Below, piece after piece: positions 38,101-51,700 of a DNA stretch of 64,000 bases. The notes beneath the pieces were generated by a model. That model was given only the letters and a program-made list of their open reading frames with translations, ran no database searches and was not told the origin of the DNA. The position numbers and the translations under genes are program-made. Within the stretch, counting starts at the first letter, position 1. Each line of letters begins with the position of its first letter. The DNA lies in contig OZ024741.1 of the NCBI GenBank assembly GCA_964016885.1, positions 160,828,001 through 160,892,000 on the forward strand, in the 5' to 3' direction. The stretch is from Eledone cirrhosa (lineage: Eukaryota).

Positions 38101-41100
38101 GAGTACTGTACACAATAATTTTCAATATTATTATTATTAAAACCACCCTTTTTAAAGTGATCCTATTTAACTCTTTTAATACCAACTCAACTCATCCCAA
38201 ATCAGCTTCACTTCTATGAAGGAAAACCACACATTTTAAAGGGTTAATATTTAATACCAACCTGGTAAAACCAAGCTCTGGTTCTATGAAACAAAACCAC
38301 CCATTTTAATCAAAACCACCTATTTAAATCAAAATCTAACATAACTTAATAAAATCCATATATTAAATTATTTTATAAATACCATCTTAATGAAATTATT
38401 GTTTTTATGTCAGTGTTTGCATGCTGGTATAGGTTGGATGAAACTTTTGGGGGCAATATCTTACAGTTTGATGTCTTGACACCAACTGTTTTAACTGCTT
38501 CTTACGACATGTAGGGATATGGTGTGGCTATTCTAAACTGGATAAACACAGAAATAATTAATTTTAGTAAATCCCACCAAATTCTTCATTAAATAATTGA
38601 TATAGTGAAACTCATTAGAAACATGGTATAAAAAGTATTTAACTGGTACTTTATTTTAACAATGCTTGAGGGACAAAAAGCAATTTTGACCTTGGTGCGA
38701 TTTAAACACAAAACACAAAAAACTGGACAAATACTGTAAAGCATTTTGTCTGAGGCTCCAATGTTTCTGCCAATCTACCACCCTACTTAATTTAATATAA
38801 TGGTAGTTATACAATGTGAAAGTGCATAGCCTAGTGGCTAGAATGTTGGATTTATGATTCTTGGATCAGGTGGTGTGTAGTGTTTTTAAGCAAAACACTT
38901 CATTTCATGTTGCTCCAGTCTACTCAGCTGAAAATGAGTACCAGCTGTTGCTCGAGATTAAGTCAGGAATGGACTGGCATCCTGTCTAGAAGGAAGTCTT
39001 GTACTCCCAATCACTTAACACCAATGAAACCGAGATAAGCTTTGGCCTGATAAGCCTCTGAGCTTGGGACAGATAGGAACAGAGGAAGGTCTCATACTTT
39101 TAGTTACTTAATGCCAATGAAACTGGGATAAATTTTGACCTGATTTGCTTTTGATCGTGGGATAGATTTTAACTGTGGTAGACTGGTGTCCTATTCAGCC
39201 TCTGGGCTTTGGACAGACTTTAACTTTAACAAGAAAATTTCTTAGCTACACACCTATACAACCATGTGAAAAAGTTGAAACTTCATTTACAAATGATACA
39301 ACAGAGAAAACATTATGGTACAGTTTATGTTAGATGAAATTGGGTTGCTTAATGGAACAGTATATTGGAGCTAGAGTAAAACGGGGTGGAAATCTGAAGA
39401 GTTTTGTTTCGTCGTTAATCACCTTCGCTAGTACTTGCACACAAACATGGCTGGCTATGCAAGGATACACAGAAGTTTCTTAACCCTTTCATTACATTAT
39501 TTCTAATGAAAGACATTGCCTATGATTTTCAAATAATTTTTTAAATAATCAGGAATTTGAAGAGACTAATTTTGTCATTATAAAGTTTGTGTCTGGAACA
39601 TAATTTAACAATTATAATGGAAGATTTTTAAACAAAAATATGTTCTTTAAAATAAACAATTTTGTATCATGGAACCATTTGTTATCAAAAGGGTTAACCT
39701 AAAAACCTGCCACTTTTATGAAAGGCAAGATAGAGGGAAGGAGATATTAGAGACATAAAATTAAATCAAATATTTAACATACTCATAACCATATTCTTTC
39801 AAAATTGGTAAAACCGCAGTTGTCACAATCCGCATCTCAGTAATTTTGGGTAGTTGAAAGTCATCATCATTCTCTCCCTTTTGTTCAGTAATCTCAGGAA
39901 CAATCAAATCCTTGAGGCTAAAAACAAAAATATATATATATAAATTGGTGGTGTGGTTAAGGAGTTCATTTCAAATTGTAGTTTGGGGTTCACTTTCACT
40001 GCATGGCACCTTGGTCCAGTGTGTAGGACTATAGACTTGGTATAATTAATACTTTGTGAGTAAAAATTGGTCGATAGGAATTGAAAAAGCCTGTTTTGTG
40101 TGTATATATATATATATGTGTGTCTGTACATCTATTTACCTACACCATCTTTTTTTCTACACTTCTATTTATTCATACCTGTCTGTGTCTTTATTATCAT
40201 ATCATATACACCGATATAACAAGATAAATAGGCTATCTTTCTATTTACCTATATCTCTATCTCTCTATATATATATATATATCCAACATGGCTGACTGAA
40301 TACACACGCGTGGTTTTTTTTCTCAATTTTCTTTTTTCCTTTCTTTCCTCTTTTCACTCTTTATCTTTTTATTTCATCTTTTATTTCCCACTCTATCTTC
40401 TGATGAATGACTGTCTGAAATATTAAGACTCTTTTTCTATTATTTAAAGCATTAAACTAATATATTTCTTCATTGTACTGTGTCATTTACTTTGTTATTT
40501 CTGTTTGCTTTTTACATACATATATAACTTATACAACAACACCTGAATCAACAGTTTTCCATGAGATGGCAACTTGAATGGACCTGTTTTTTTCTCTAAG
40601 AAATCTTTTTCCTTTCTGCCACTGCCCACTCTCCTCTATCTTTCTATTTCTTCTTTGATTTCTCATGAAGGACTAGCGTCCGAAACGTTAAGACACTTTT
40701 CCTACTATATCAAGCATAAAATTAACAATATATTTTTTCATTGTACTGTGTCGTTTGCTTTGTTATTTCTTTTTGCCTTTTGCATATATATATATATATG
40801 TCTACCATTTCTGTCTGCCCACTCACCCATCTCTCTCTGTCTCTCTATTGATTTGAGGCCTGTCCACCCACCCACTTTTCTCTGTTTATCTCTCTATCAC
40901 AATATACCTACACCAATATAAAAGAAAATCATACAAAATCATACTTCCATGTCTGTGTCAACAAGAAAATAATATAAAGTTTGAAAAATATAAAAATAAA
41001 AGAAATAAAAACTGAAATGTTATCTTACTCTGTGTGGTCCTTATTGAACCATATTATTTCATCAACACCTTTACTTTTGGGGGCCACTTTTATAAAATCA

Positions 41101-42703
41101 TTATCTTGCATTTCTTGAAGGAATTTTGAAAGCTGAAAATGAACAAAAATGATTTTTTTTTTTTTTTTACAAAATCAATTGAAAATAGAAAGCATTTTAA
41201 AGAAATATTTAATTTTTAGGCTGAATTGACAAACATTAGTTGATCAAAATGCAATCATTGTTTTTACTCAATATTTTCACCTATTTGGAAATAAGTTACC
41301 TTTTTATAGGAAGATTTCTTAACTTCGAGGGATTTACCTTCAGGACTACAAACAAATATAAAGAATGATTACAAATGGAATAAAATTAAGGATAAAATTA
41401 AAATAAGACAAGAAAAAATAAAAGAAATATATAACAAAAAGCTAAATAGGGAGAAAAAGTCAACAAAATCTCCCAAAACTGTCTCTGATTCTATGATATA
41501 CTCTTTGCTTTAAAGTATTTATATTTCTGTAAAACTCTTCAATAATTTCATGTTCCAAACACTAAATAAATAATGATAAGATGAGTTTTACTAAATTCCT
41601 CCACATTCTTGATTATTTTCATTAGAAATATGGAAACTTAAGGGTTAAACATGGGATGTTTCAGTTGAAGAAGGTTGTTAACCCTTTTATTCCCATATTT
41701 GAATATTTGAATAAATTAATGAAGAATATGGAGGCATTTACTAAAATTATTAATTATTTCATTATTAAGACTGCATTTGTAACATAACAAAAAGCTCTTA
41801 TATCAAATTATGTTGGAAGATTTAAATTTAAATAGCAACCTTTTAGATTGGTTTGGGGGGTTGGTAGCAAAAGGGTTAGATTCTTTTAAAACAAAAATAC
41901 TGTTTACTAACCAAAAAGCTTTCATATGATTTCTGAAAAAATTAATTGTCATTATAGGGAGTTCTTTCTCTTTAACTTTAGATTTCAAGGCACAAAGGAA
42001 GCAGTGTCGTAACATGGAGTCCATCTCCTCTGTAAAAGAAAAGAAATAAAGAAATAGCAGAATATAAGAATACAGTTCTTATTAGTGGTAGTAGTGTTGC
42101 TATGATAAACTCAGTACACTCTATAAGGTGGTAGTACTGTTTCCATCGTAAACTCAATAGACTGTAAGGTGGTAGTACTGGTGCCACAATGAATCCAGTA
42201 CACTCTATAAGGAGGTAATACTGTTGCCATGATAAACCCAGTGCATTCTGTAATGTGGTAGTGCTGTTGCCACAATAAATCCAGTAAACTCTGTAAAGTG
42301 ATAGTGCCATGATAAACCCTGTATACTCTGTAAAATCATAGTGATGGTGACACAATAAACTCAGTACACTCTGTAAGGTGGGTGGAGTTTAGGAAGGGCA
42401 TCCAGATGTAGAAAGCAGGACAAAATGGATAAAGAGGATTCTTTAGTCATGTCAAAGACATAACATTTTTAGTGCTACGATAAAATACGCCCAATACATT
42501 TTGTAAAGTGGTTGGCATTAGAAAGGCCATCCAGTCATAGAAACTATGACAAAATAGATTGTATTTGAGCAAGACAGTCACCCAACGCAGCTAGAAAGAC
42601 AATAACTCTGATTAAGTACTGACTTGTTTAAGTCATGCCAATTGTATAATAGACACATAAAAAATGAATAAAAACCCTAATGAAATACCTTGACTATTTA
42701 CAA

Positions 42704-42742
<39 letters not shown>

Positions 42743-45700
42743 TATCCATCAATTCACTGTCAAGTGGTACATTTGTATCGTCATCATCATCATCGTCATT
42801 AGAACCGTTTATATTTAGCCGCTCTAAATTCTCAACTGGTCTACCATCATCTTCACCATCATTACTGGTTGTCTCTGAGGTATCACTCACTGAATCTAGA
42901 AGAAAGTATTTAAAATTCAAAATGACTATGAATGATGTGGCATAGATGAGCTGAGAGAAAAACTGGGTATAAGAGGAATCAGATGTAGTGTGCAACAAGA
43001 GAGAAGATTTTATTGGTATAGAGACTTGATGCATAAGGATGATCATCATTTGGTCAAGAAGTGCCAAGAGATCTAAGTGGAAGGGAGTTGCAGAAAAGGA
43101 AGACCAAGGAAGATCTGGACAGAGGTAGTGAAGGAACAAGACAAGTTGAGGGGAGCTGTGCAGGAAAAGACCTGTCCAACCCATGAAACATGAAAATGAA
43201 GACATAAAAATAGTGATGATGATGATTATTGATATTGGAAGGATTCATCATGATCGTTTTTATGTCCGTTTTTCCATGCTTGCAAGAGTTGGTCGAATCT
43301 TCTCCAGTACGGCTTTCCTGTAGTATGAAAGAAACTCTGAAATAAAAAAGATTGGATGCTCACACCCAAAATGCTTTTCACCATAGGTCTGCTCAATCAG
43401 GCCTGTCTTAGAGCTAAAGAACAACAACTGTTAAATTCAACATTATCATTCATCCAAATGCAAACATTTTCAGAACCATCATGATATAAAACAAAAACTT
43501 GTAAGGTGGCAGTACTGGTGCCACAATATACCCAGTACACTCTGTAAGGTGATCAAAATTTAGGAAGGTTATTCAGCTGTAGAAAGTGGGATAACACAGT
43601 AATGTCAAGGATAAGACAACATCTCAAGTGCTGGTGCCACGATAAAATGCACCAACTACACTTTGTAAAGTGGTTGGTATTAAGAAGGGCATCCAGTCAT
43701 AGAAAGTATGTCAAAATAGATTGTCTTTGAGCAAAATGTAGTTGATCACCCAGCTAGAAAGACAGCAGCAGGGAGAATGGACATTAAATGTTGATGACAT
43801 GCTAACATGTTAGAGAAATGAATCAAATGAATCACAAAAGCAGTCACAGCCAGTTCACATTTTTGAGACAATGTATTAAAGCCAGATGCTGTTCTTAGTG
43901 CCAAATCTCTTAGTTACCTCATATGACATTTCAACTATATGAAAGTGACATATAAATATCCACACAAAATTTAAACTGACATAGACAGATAAATAGACAC
44001 AAAGACATATTCTGACATAGACAAATATGTATAAACCAAGATCAAGATATAAGAACAAATGGCTAAAGGAGGAGTTAACCTTGCAGGCCACATGGTAGAT
44101 TTCATACACATCATGGGGTCTTTTTTAGGCAATGTTTTATAACCAGATGGTCTTCCTGGTGCCAACCTTTTTAGTTGCCTCTGACAGGGTGTACTCATTT
44201 TAAACTGGATACACACAAAAGCAGTCATAGATAGTTCAAGTTTATATCTAAAAGAATTGTTACACAATCAAGATTATATTAGCAACTTCAATACATTTAG
44301 ATAGAGAGATACACAGAAATATACATGCGCTGGAAATGAGATATTACAGTAACATCTTCGGCATCTCAAACATATACCACATCACAAACGAGCAAGTTTG
44401 TAAATTATCCAGTTGCCCAATGAAGACCTAACAATGATGAAGAAAAGCTGAGATGGTATGACCATGCAAACATTATCCTACAAAGAACTGTGGAGGGAGA
44501 GAGAAAGAAGCTGACAGAGGAAAAGCTGGGTAGACAGCATCAAAGAATAGATAAATAAATCTTAGTGGAGACCTGAGACCTGGCACACAAGTGATAGATT
44601 AAGATGACTAGTACATAGCAAGTCACATGGTGCTACTTTAACTCCATCACAAGTTAAGGGCCCAAATATACAAGCAATAAAGGTTAACAACCAAGAGAAA
44701 AAACGTTACATTGGGTAAATGTCTTGGGTTAACCAATGTCTTGTGAGTGAAATTTAGTAGATGGAAATCACAGGAGCTCATTGTGTATGTGTGTGTGTGT
44801 ATGTGCACACGTGCGTGCATATACCCTGTAACTTGATTGTCTGACAAAAAGTGATCAATGAAATAAGTATCAGACTTGATAATAAACGAGTACTGGAGTC
44901 AATATCTGTATATATATAAAATTAAGTATGTGTGTGTGTGTGTGTCTGTGTATTACCTATAGGGGCCTACATCTTACGACCAATTTTCATGAAACTTTAC
45001 AGGCTCATAGATTAGTCATCGGGGAGTATTTTCTATATATCAGCATATCGTTTTTTTTATTCTGGGGTCATTCTGCAGATAAAAATCGATAGGAGGGGGG
45101 AGGGGATCTTTTTTTTAGGTATTGAAAAATAAGATTTTTGGCTCTAGCTCCCACATTTTGCCACCGATTTCGTTCAAATTTTAAAGCAAAATAGAATTTA
45201 TCATTGTACATCTTGTAATGGCTTTATATTTTGCATTTGTTGTTCAGGGACGGCATGGCAGCCGCTTAAATATTCAAAAATACCACTTTTAGACTTTTCG
45301 GCTCTAGCTCCCACATTAATCAATCTACTTTGTTCAAATTTTACACTACGCTAGATCTGATAATTTCACGTCTTAAAGTGGCTTTACATTTTGGATATTT
45401 TGTTCAGGAATGGCATAAATATTCGAAAAGACCACCTTTTCGGCTCTAGCTCCCACATTTTTCAACCGATTTCGTTGAAATTCGAAACTTCGGCTCCACC
45501 TCACACATAAATCAATTTATTTGGTTCAACTTTTATACTACGATAGAACCTATCATTGCACATCTTATAGTAGCTTTACACTTTGCATTTTTTGTTCAGG
45601 GACGGCGACCTATCATTAGCTCTCACATTTTTCAATCGATTTTGTTCAAATTCGAAACTTCAGCTCCACCTCACACATAAATCAATTTATTTGGTTCAAC

Positions 45701-48700
45701 TTTTATACTACGATAGAACCTATCATTGCACATCTTATAGATGGTCAAAGGCAAAACGATGGCCACTGACGTCGTCTGAGCTTTTAGTTGTGTATTTGAG
45801 AATTCATCGGTTTCCAATCAAGTAGCGTGAGGAAATTTGGCTTAGTGTTAGAGGTAATTACCTCCCTCACCCACCATGCCCCTTTGTCAGTCACCCACGT
45901 TTCTCAGTGATAGAGGTCATCACCACCCTCCCCCGCATGGCCTGTGTGTGGCCATAGATGAGTCATTGAGAAGCAGTCGCTAAGATCAACACCTTTTCAT
46001 CAAAGCAGATATTAATTTACCTACCCAGGCAACGCTGGGTACTGCTGCTAGTAAACTTATAAATCCCTTTTGAGCTATATTTTGGCTACAATGTCTAATG
46101 ACTGAAACCAGTAAAAGAATAAAACATGCTGACTTACCAGAAGGAATAAGAGGTGGCTCTGATTTACTTCCAGCAGCCCTGAATCAAATATGTAGAAATT
46201 AAAATTATTATTTATTCAATAGTAAAAACATTAACCATAACAATAAACAATGTATCTGTGATCATCATCATTTAGTGTCCATTTTCCTTGCTAGCAAAGG
46301 CTGAATGTGTCATTGCAGATCAATGGGTACTCAAGCAAAGCCACTGGCCTCCAGGTGGGCTGGGAGCACAACAGCAGCAACACAAGTGCACTGGGGGCAC
46401 GACATAGCAGCAACACTACCTGCATGTCATAACTGGGTGTATCTGGTTTAGAATAGGTACACTCTTTGTAACCCTGTCTATCCATTTTAAAGTAGGAACA
46501 TCATATCCCTGCATGTCATAACTGTGTATCCCAGTTTAGAATAGGTACACTGTATCCTTGTGTCGTAACCATGTGTCGTAACAGGTTTAGAATAAGTACT
46601 CCACATCCTTAAGTGTTGTAAGAAACAACTAAAAGGGTTGGTGTCCATAAGGGTGTCCAGTTGTAAAACATAGCCTCAAAAAGTCCCATTAAACCCATGC
46701 CAGCATGGAAACGTCACTGTAAAAACAATGATGATGATCCTAATAAACCAGGTTTCTCAATATTTTTTTTAATAAATTTGGTGTTGACAAAATATAATTG
46801 TATTAAAAGCATTTTCTGTAGAATACCAACCATAATAATATGAAACTTTCTAGTTTTGTTGAAAATTAAAGGAAAGGTAAAAAAATATTTCTTATTCTAA
46901 ATAGGTTATTTAGTTATTAAAGCATATTTTTTTCTTTCTCTTGTTGAATTTGAATAAATATTAAATATAAGAAAGCATTGAACACAAGAAGATTATTATT
47001 CAATAAAATGTAGATGAGGTAATTTATGATGCATGAAATGAAACAGGTTTATATATTAAAATTGTATCTAAAGAGGTATTAATACATTAACTACACATTT
47101 CAATCTAGAGAAACAAAATGAATAAATAGGTTAAAGTATTTCATTTACATATGAACAAGATAACTAAACTATGTCATTTAAACTCTATAGACCTTGTTTC
47201 ATATTCCTCAGCATAAGTCATGTTTATGATTATAATATTTATGTGAATTGCTATCAGTTTTGATGATGCAGGATCACTAGTATATATCATCATCATTGAT
47301 TAGTGTCCATTTTCCCTGCTAACAAGGGAATATATATATGTATCTTACATATACATTCATGTTTACTTCTCTAACCCTTGTCACCATCACGTTTACTCCA
47401 TCCGTTGTCACACACATGTGCATACTTTCACCCCTTGGTTCCTACAGCTCTGTTATGATCAGAAACATACACTCTTACAGCTTATACAGACCAACAAAAA
47501 ATAGACACACACCTCTACATTTACCTTCACAGCTCTATACACACACACACACTCCCTTATATACACATACTTTTGCTCACAGCTTCATACTTACAAGCAC
47601 ACACATACACATCCTCTTTGCTTCCTACAGACATATAATAACACAAACACACACATGTATACGCACGCGCACATTACAGCTCTATATACAAAACGTTTTT
47701 TTCCCCCTTTCAGATAGACATGCTCCATCATCAACTTTTAAAAAAACGTATATCATACACAAAATGCCAGCATCAACAGTTTTCCACGAAAAAAAAAACA
47801 CCACAATTCATTGCTCCCAGCACATTTTGTGCTTTTTTATTCTTTGCCTGAAAATTAGGTCAGATACCAATTTTCATAGTGATTAGACACATAGAAGTGT
47901 AATTACCTTGAAATTTATAAATGCAAAAAATTCAAAATGACTACTTGGAGTGTTGAATTAGGTATTCTTACCCAAATTTCAAGAACCAATAATCATTGGA
48001 CCTAATATTTGGCCAGGTTTGTCATCTTAGTAATCCCTAATATAGATCCAAATTTCATTGATTTTTGAGGGAGTGGTTGCCAAATCAAAAAAATATTGCC
48101 CACTTTGACATGGAATTACCCATATATATGGACCTTAACCCTTTAACATTTACATTACTCTATATTTACTATTGTATTTTCATGGTAAACACTTTATCTC
48201 TTATAAATCTCATAAAATATCGAATCTATGAGGTTTTGATATTATTTATTTTGAGAACAATACCTTAACATTAATATGAGCAGCCAGTTATGGCCAGTTT
48301 GAACAGAAAGAGGTGAAAGAATTCTGGCCGGATACGGCTGGTTTAAATGCTAAGGTTTAAATGCTAAAGGGTTAAGGTTCACAACACCATCTCATGTCTT
48401 CCTGGGTCTGCCTCTTCCACGGGTCCCAGCCAGTAGGGTTTCTCTGCATTTTTTAATGCAACTGCTATCTTCCATACACAACACATGTCCATACCAACAC
48501 TACATCCAATTTCTCTTATGCTAAGTTTTTCCCTCAGTTTGTTTAACATAATCAATCAATTAAAACCATTTAACAATATATCATATCCATATTAACAAAC
48601 TAAACAGCACTGACAAAATCTAAATTTAATACAGACAATATATAATACCCTCCACAATAAAACATATTAACCTACATTGAACATAACTTACAAAAGAAGA

Positions 48701-51700
48701 AAACCATTCTACCCCTCCCTCAGGTAAAACCTTAGTTATATTAACACTACACCAACTTATCCTATCAAGAGAGAAACCTTCACATCAGAGACCTTTCAAC
48801 AGGATCCTTGTCCATGCAGTATCAGAGGCATGATACTATATATAAAACTTTTCTCTCACAACCCCACCCAACAACAGAATAATGGTAAACAAATATAACA
48901 AACCTAAACCAACCAAGACTCACCATACAAATATAATTACTCATCCACATAACACAATGTTTAACACAATAAAACAACATCCAACACAAGCAAATCAACT
49001 ACCATATAATCAACAAAACCTGAAACCCATAACCAAGAAAAAAATCTAAACCACAAGTTAAACATCTGAGACAATAGCATAATACAAACCAATTCACTAT
49101 ACTGGTACTAAGAGGTCAAACTTCATCAGGCTACAGACCCCTCCACCCGACCCCACACACAGCTTTGTTAAAATTTAGTGAAGGATCCAAATATTACTTA
49201 TTCCATCCATAAAACAATGGCTTATGTACTAATAATTAATAAATAGATACTTCTAAAATTTAGTTATACTAGGATTTTTTTCAACACCCTGACGCCTATG
49301 TGTATGTGTGTATATGCATACATTTATATGTATGAGTATATATATATAAACGTGAAAACAGACACATTTACAAAAATACACACTCAGACATACATTCACA
49401 CAAACACATACGCAGCATAACAAATGGAACGCCAGCTGCTATTTTGTTATAGTCTTTACACCAGCCTCTGCCTTCCCTTAACACACACATACATTCATAC
49501 AGGCAACAGATGTAAAGAGAGAGGAGTAGTATTAGGTAGTCAAACTACTCCTTTCTCTTTACGTGTTGTGACAGAATCACAGAAATTTATATTTAGATTT
49601 CTTTTGTTGTTATTTTCAGCAGGTCAAGCAACAAAGTAGAAGTTCCTTTATTGGCTTGTACTCAACTCCCCTCCTGGATGGGTCAGGAGACCATGTCTCA
49701 ATACATTCTAGTTTTGGCATGGTTTCTATGGTTGGATGCCCTTTCTACTGCCAACCACTTTACAGAGTGTATTGGGTACACTTTATCATGGCACCAGCAC
49801 TACATAAGATATCATGCACCTACACTCACATTTACATACATATATACAGGCTTGAATCATCATCATGTAATGTCTGTGCATCTCGCATACATATATTCCC
49901 ATGCTCTACCGAGTGTATTTTATCAGGGCACCAGCATTAGGGAGGTTGACATGTCTTTGACACAGCTGCAGAGTTCTCCCGATACTTTGTTTGGCAACTA
50001 CTGAGTGTTTTTATCATGTAGATTGTCATGTCTTTGATACAACTGACGAGTCCTGAATATATTCATAAAATGATTACATAAGAAAGAATAAAGCAGAAAA
50101 ATAGAAATTTAAAGTGTATTTTACCAGAGTTCATCACCATAATAATGAATAATTGTCATTCCCTTTCCTTTCATAGCACTTTCATACATGTCATATCCAG
50201 ACATCAACATTTTGCCGATAGCCAATGGAGATCTGGAAAAAAAAAAAGATGATCTTCGATAAATATAATAATATAGATTTGTAGGGTTACATTTTCAATG
50301 TATCTTTTCCTTATTTAAGATAATACAGTGCAGTTCAAGAAAGACTTCAGTTATTTCTAGCAGGTTGAGCGAGAAAGTAGAGATTCCTTCATTGGCTCGT
50401 ACTCTTCTGCTCAACTGCCCTTGATTCCGTAAATACAAAGCAATTTATTTTAAAAAGCTTTTATTCACACAAAAATTTCCATCATAATTTTATGTAAGAA
50501 CTTTTTAAGTTAAATTCAAAACACCAACTTAATTATAGTCACATTGCAAAATCCCTCTAAATTCTTGATTATTTACAAAATTATTTGAAAATCACAGGCA
50601 GTGTATTTCATTAGAAACAAAAGAGTTAAAGAAAATAGTTAAGAGGAAATACTCCCTAAACTACCTTTTTGCATCAATTCCCATTCTTGATGAATGTGAA
50701 CTCTGCTTACAACAATAACAAACCCTGCCTACAACAGTGACAAGCATAACAAAATCAATTTTATATAGATTTCATATAGTAGTTTAAATTGTTTTGTCAC
50801 TACTTCCGGCAAGTTAGTTTGCCATCACAAACAAAATTATACTTACTTGTTTCCTTGAGCACTGACAGAACAGATGTCTCCTTTTTTTATTTGTTTGAAG
50901 GTTCCTGGATATACCTTGCCTTTTACTATCACGCCTGGAAGCATTAAATCTTGAAAATAAAATAAAAAGACAATCCATTAACTTTGAGGCTGAGGGTTTG
51001 CTTTTGGTTTACCCTGGCATTTTAAAAACTTTTTTAACAGAACAACTTTCTAGCAATGATGATTTAGTAGAACTGTTCAGTTGTGACAAAGACATGACAC
51101 CCTCCCCAGTGTTGGTGCCACAATAAAATGCACTCAACAGAGATGTTGGCCCCTGGCCCACCCAATAGCCTGGTAGAGTGTGGGAATGTAAGCATGATGC
51201 AGACCTCTGGTCCATCTAAGGTCTGTAGTTCCATTTATGTACTCAGTCTTGGACAACCTGTCCAACCCTTGCTAGCAAGGAAAATAGATGTTAAATGTTG
51301 ATGATTTATCAAGATAAATATTACTTCCATGATTGGCATAAAGAAAGGCAACATAATTATTCTTTCTCTCATCCTTATTTTTACATCTGATTTTCCATGT
51401 TGGCAAGGGTAGGCTGGGTAGTTACAGACAGAGTCAGTACTTAATTGTAGTTAATCTCCTCCTAGACAGATCAGAGAAACAATGTTTTTTCTCAGATACA
51501 TTACATTTTGGAATGATTTCTAGAGCAGGATGTACTTCATACCACCAAATACTTTATAGAGTGTACTGGGTGAATAAATGACTCTAGCACTTGAGAGGTT
51601 TTTAGGGCCTTGCCATAACTGTATATTCCTCCCTATCCTATGTTGTTACTGGTTAAATGTCAACCATATATTCCTTTTCTATAACTACTTTCAGTCATTA

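Noticed and set aside
42084-42380. CRISPR-like periodic repeat
   Set aside because: Eukaryotic context, degenerate units, no unique spacers and no cas genes.
47338-47886. 182-aa ORF
   Set aside because: Built from (CA)n-rich low-complexity sequence (T/H repeats), antisense within an eIF2D intron.
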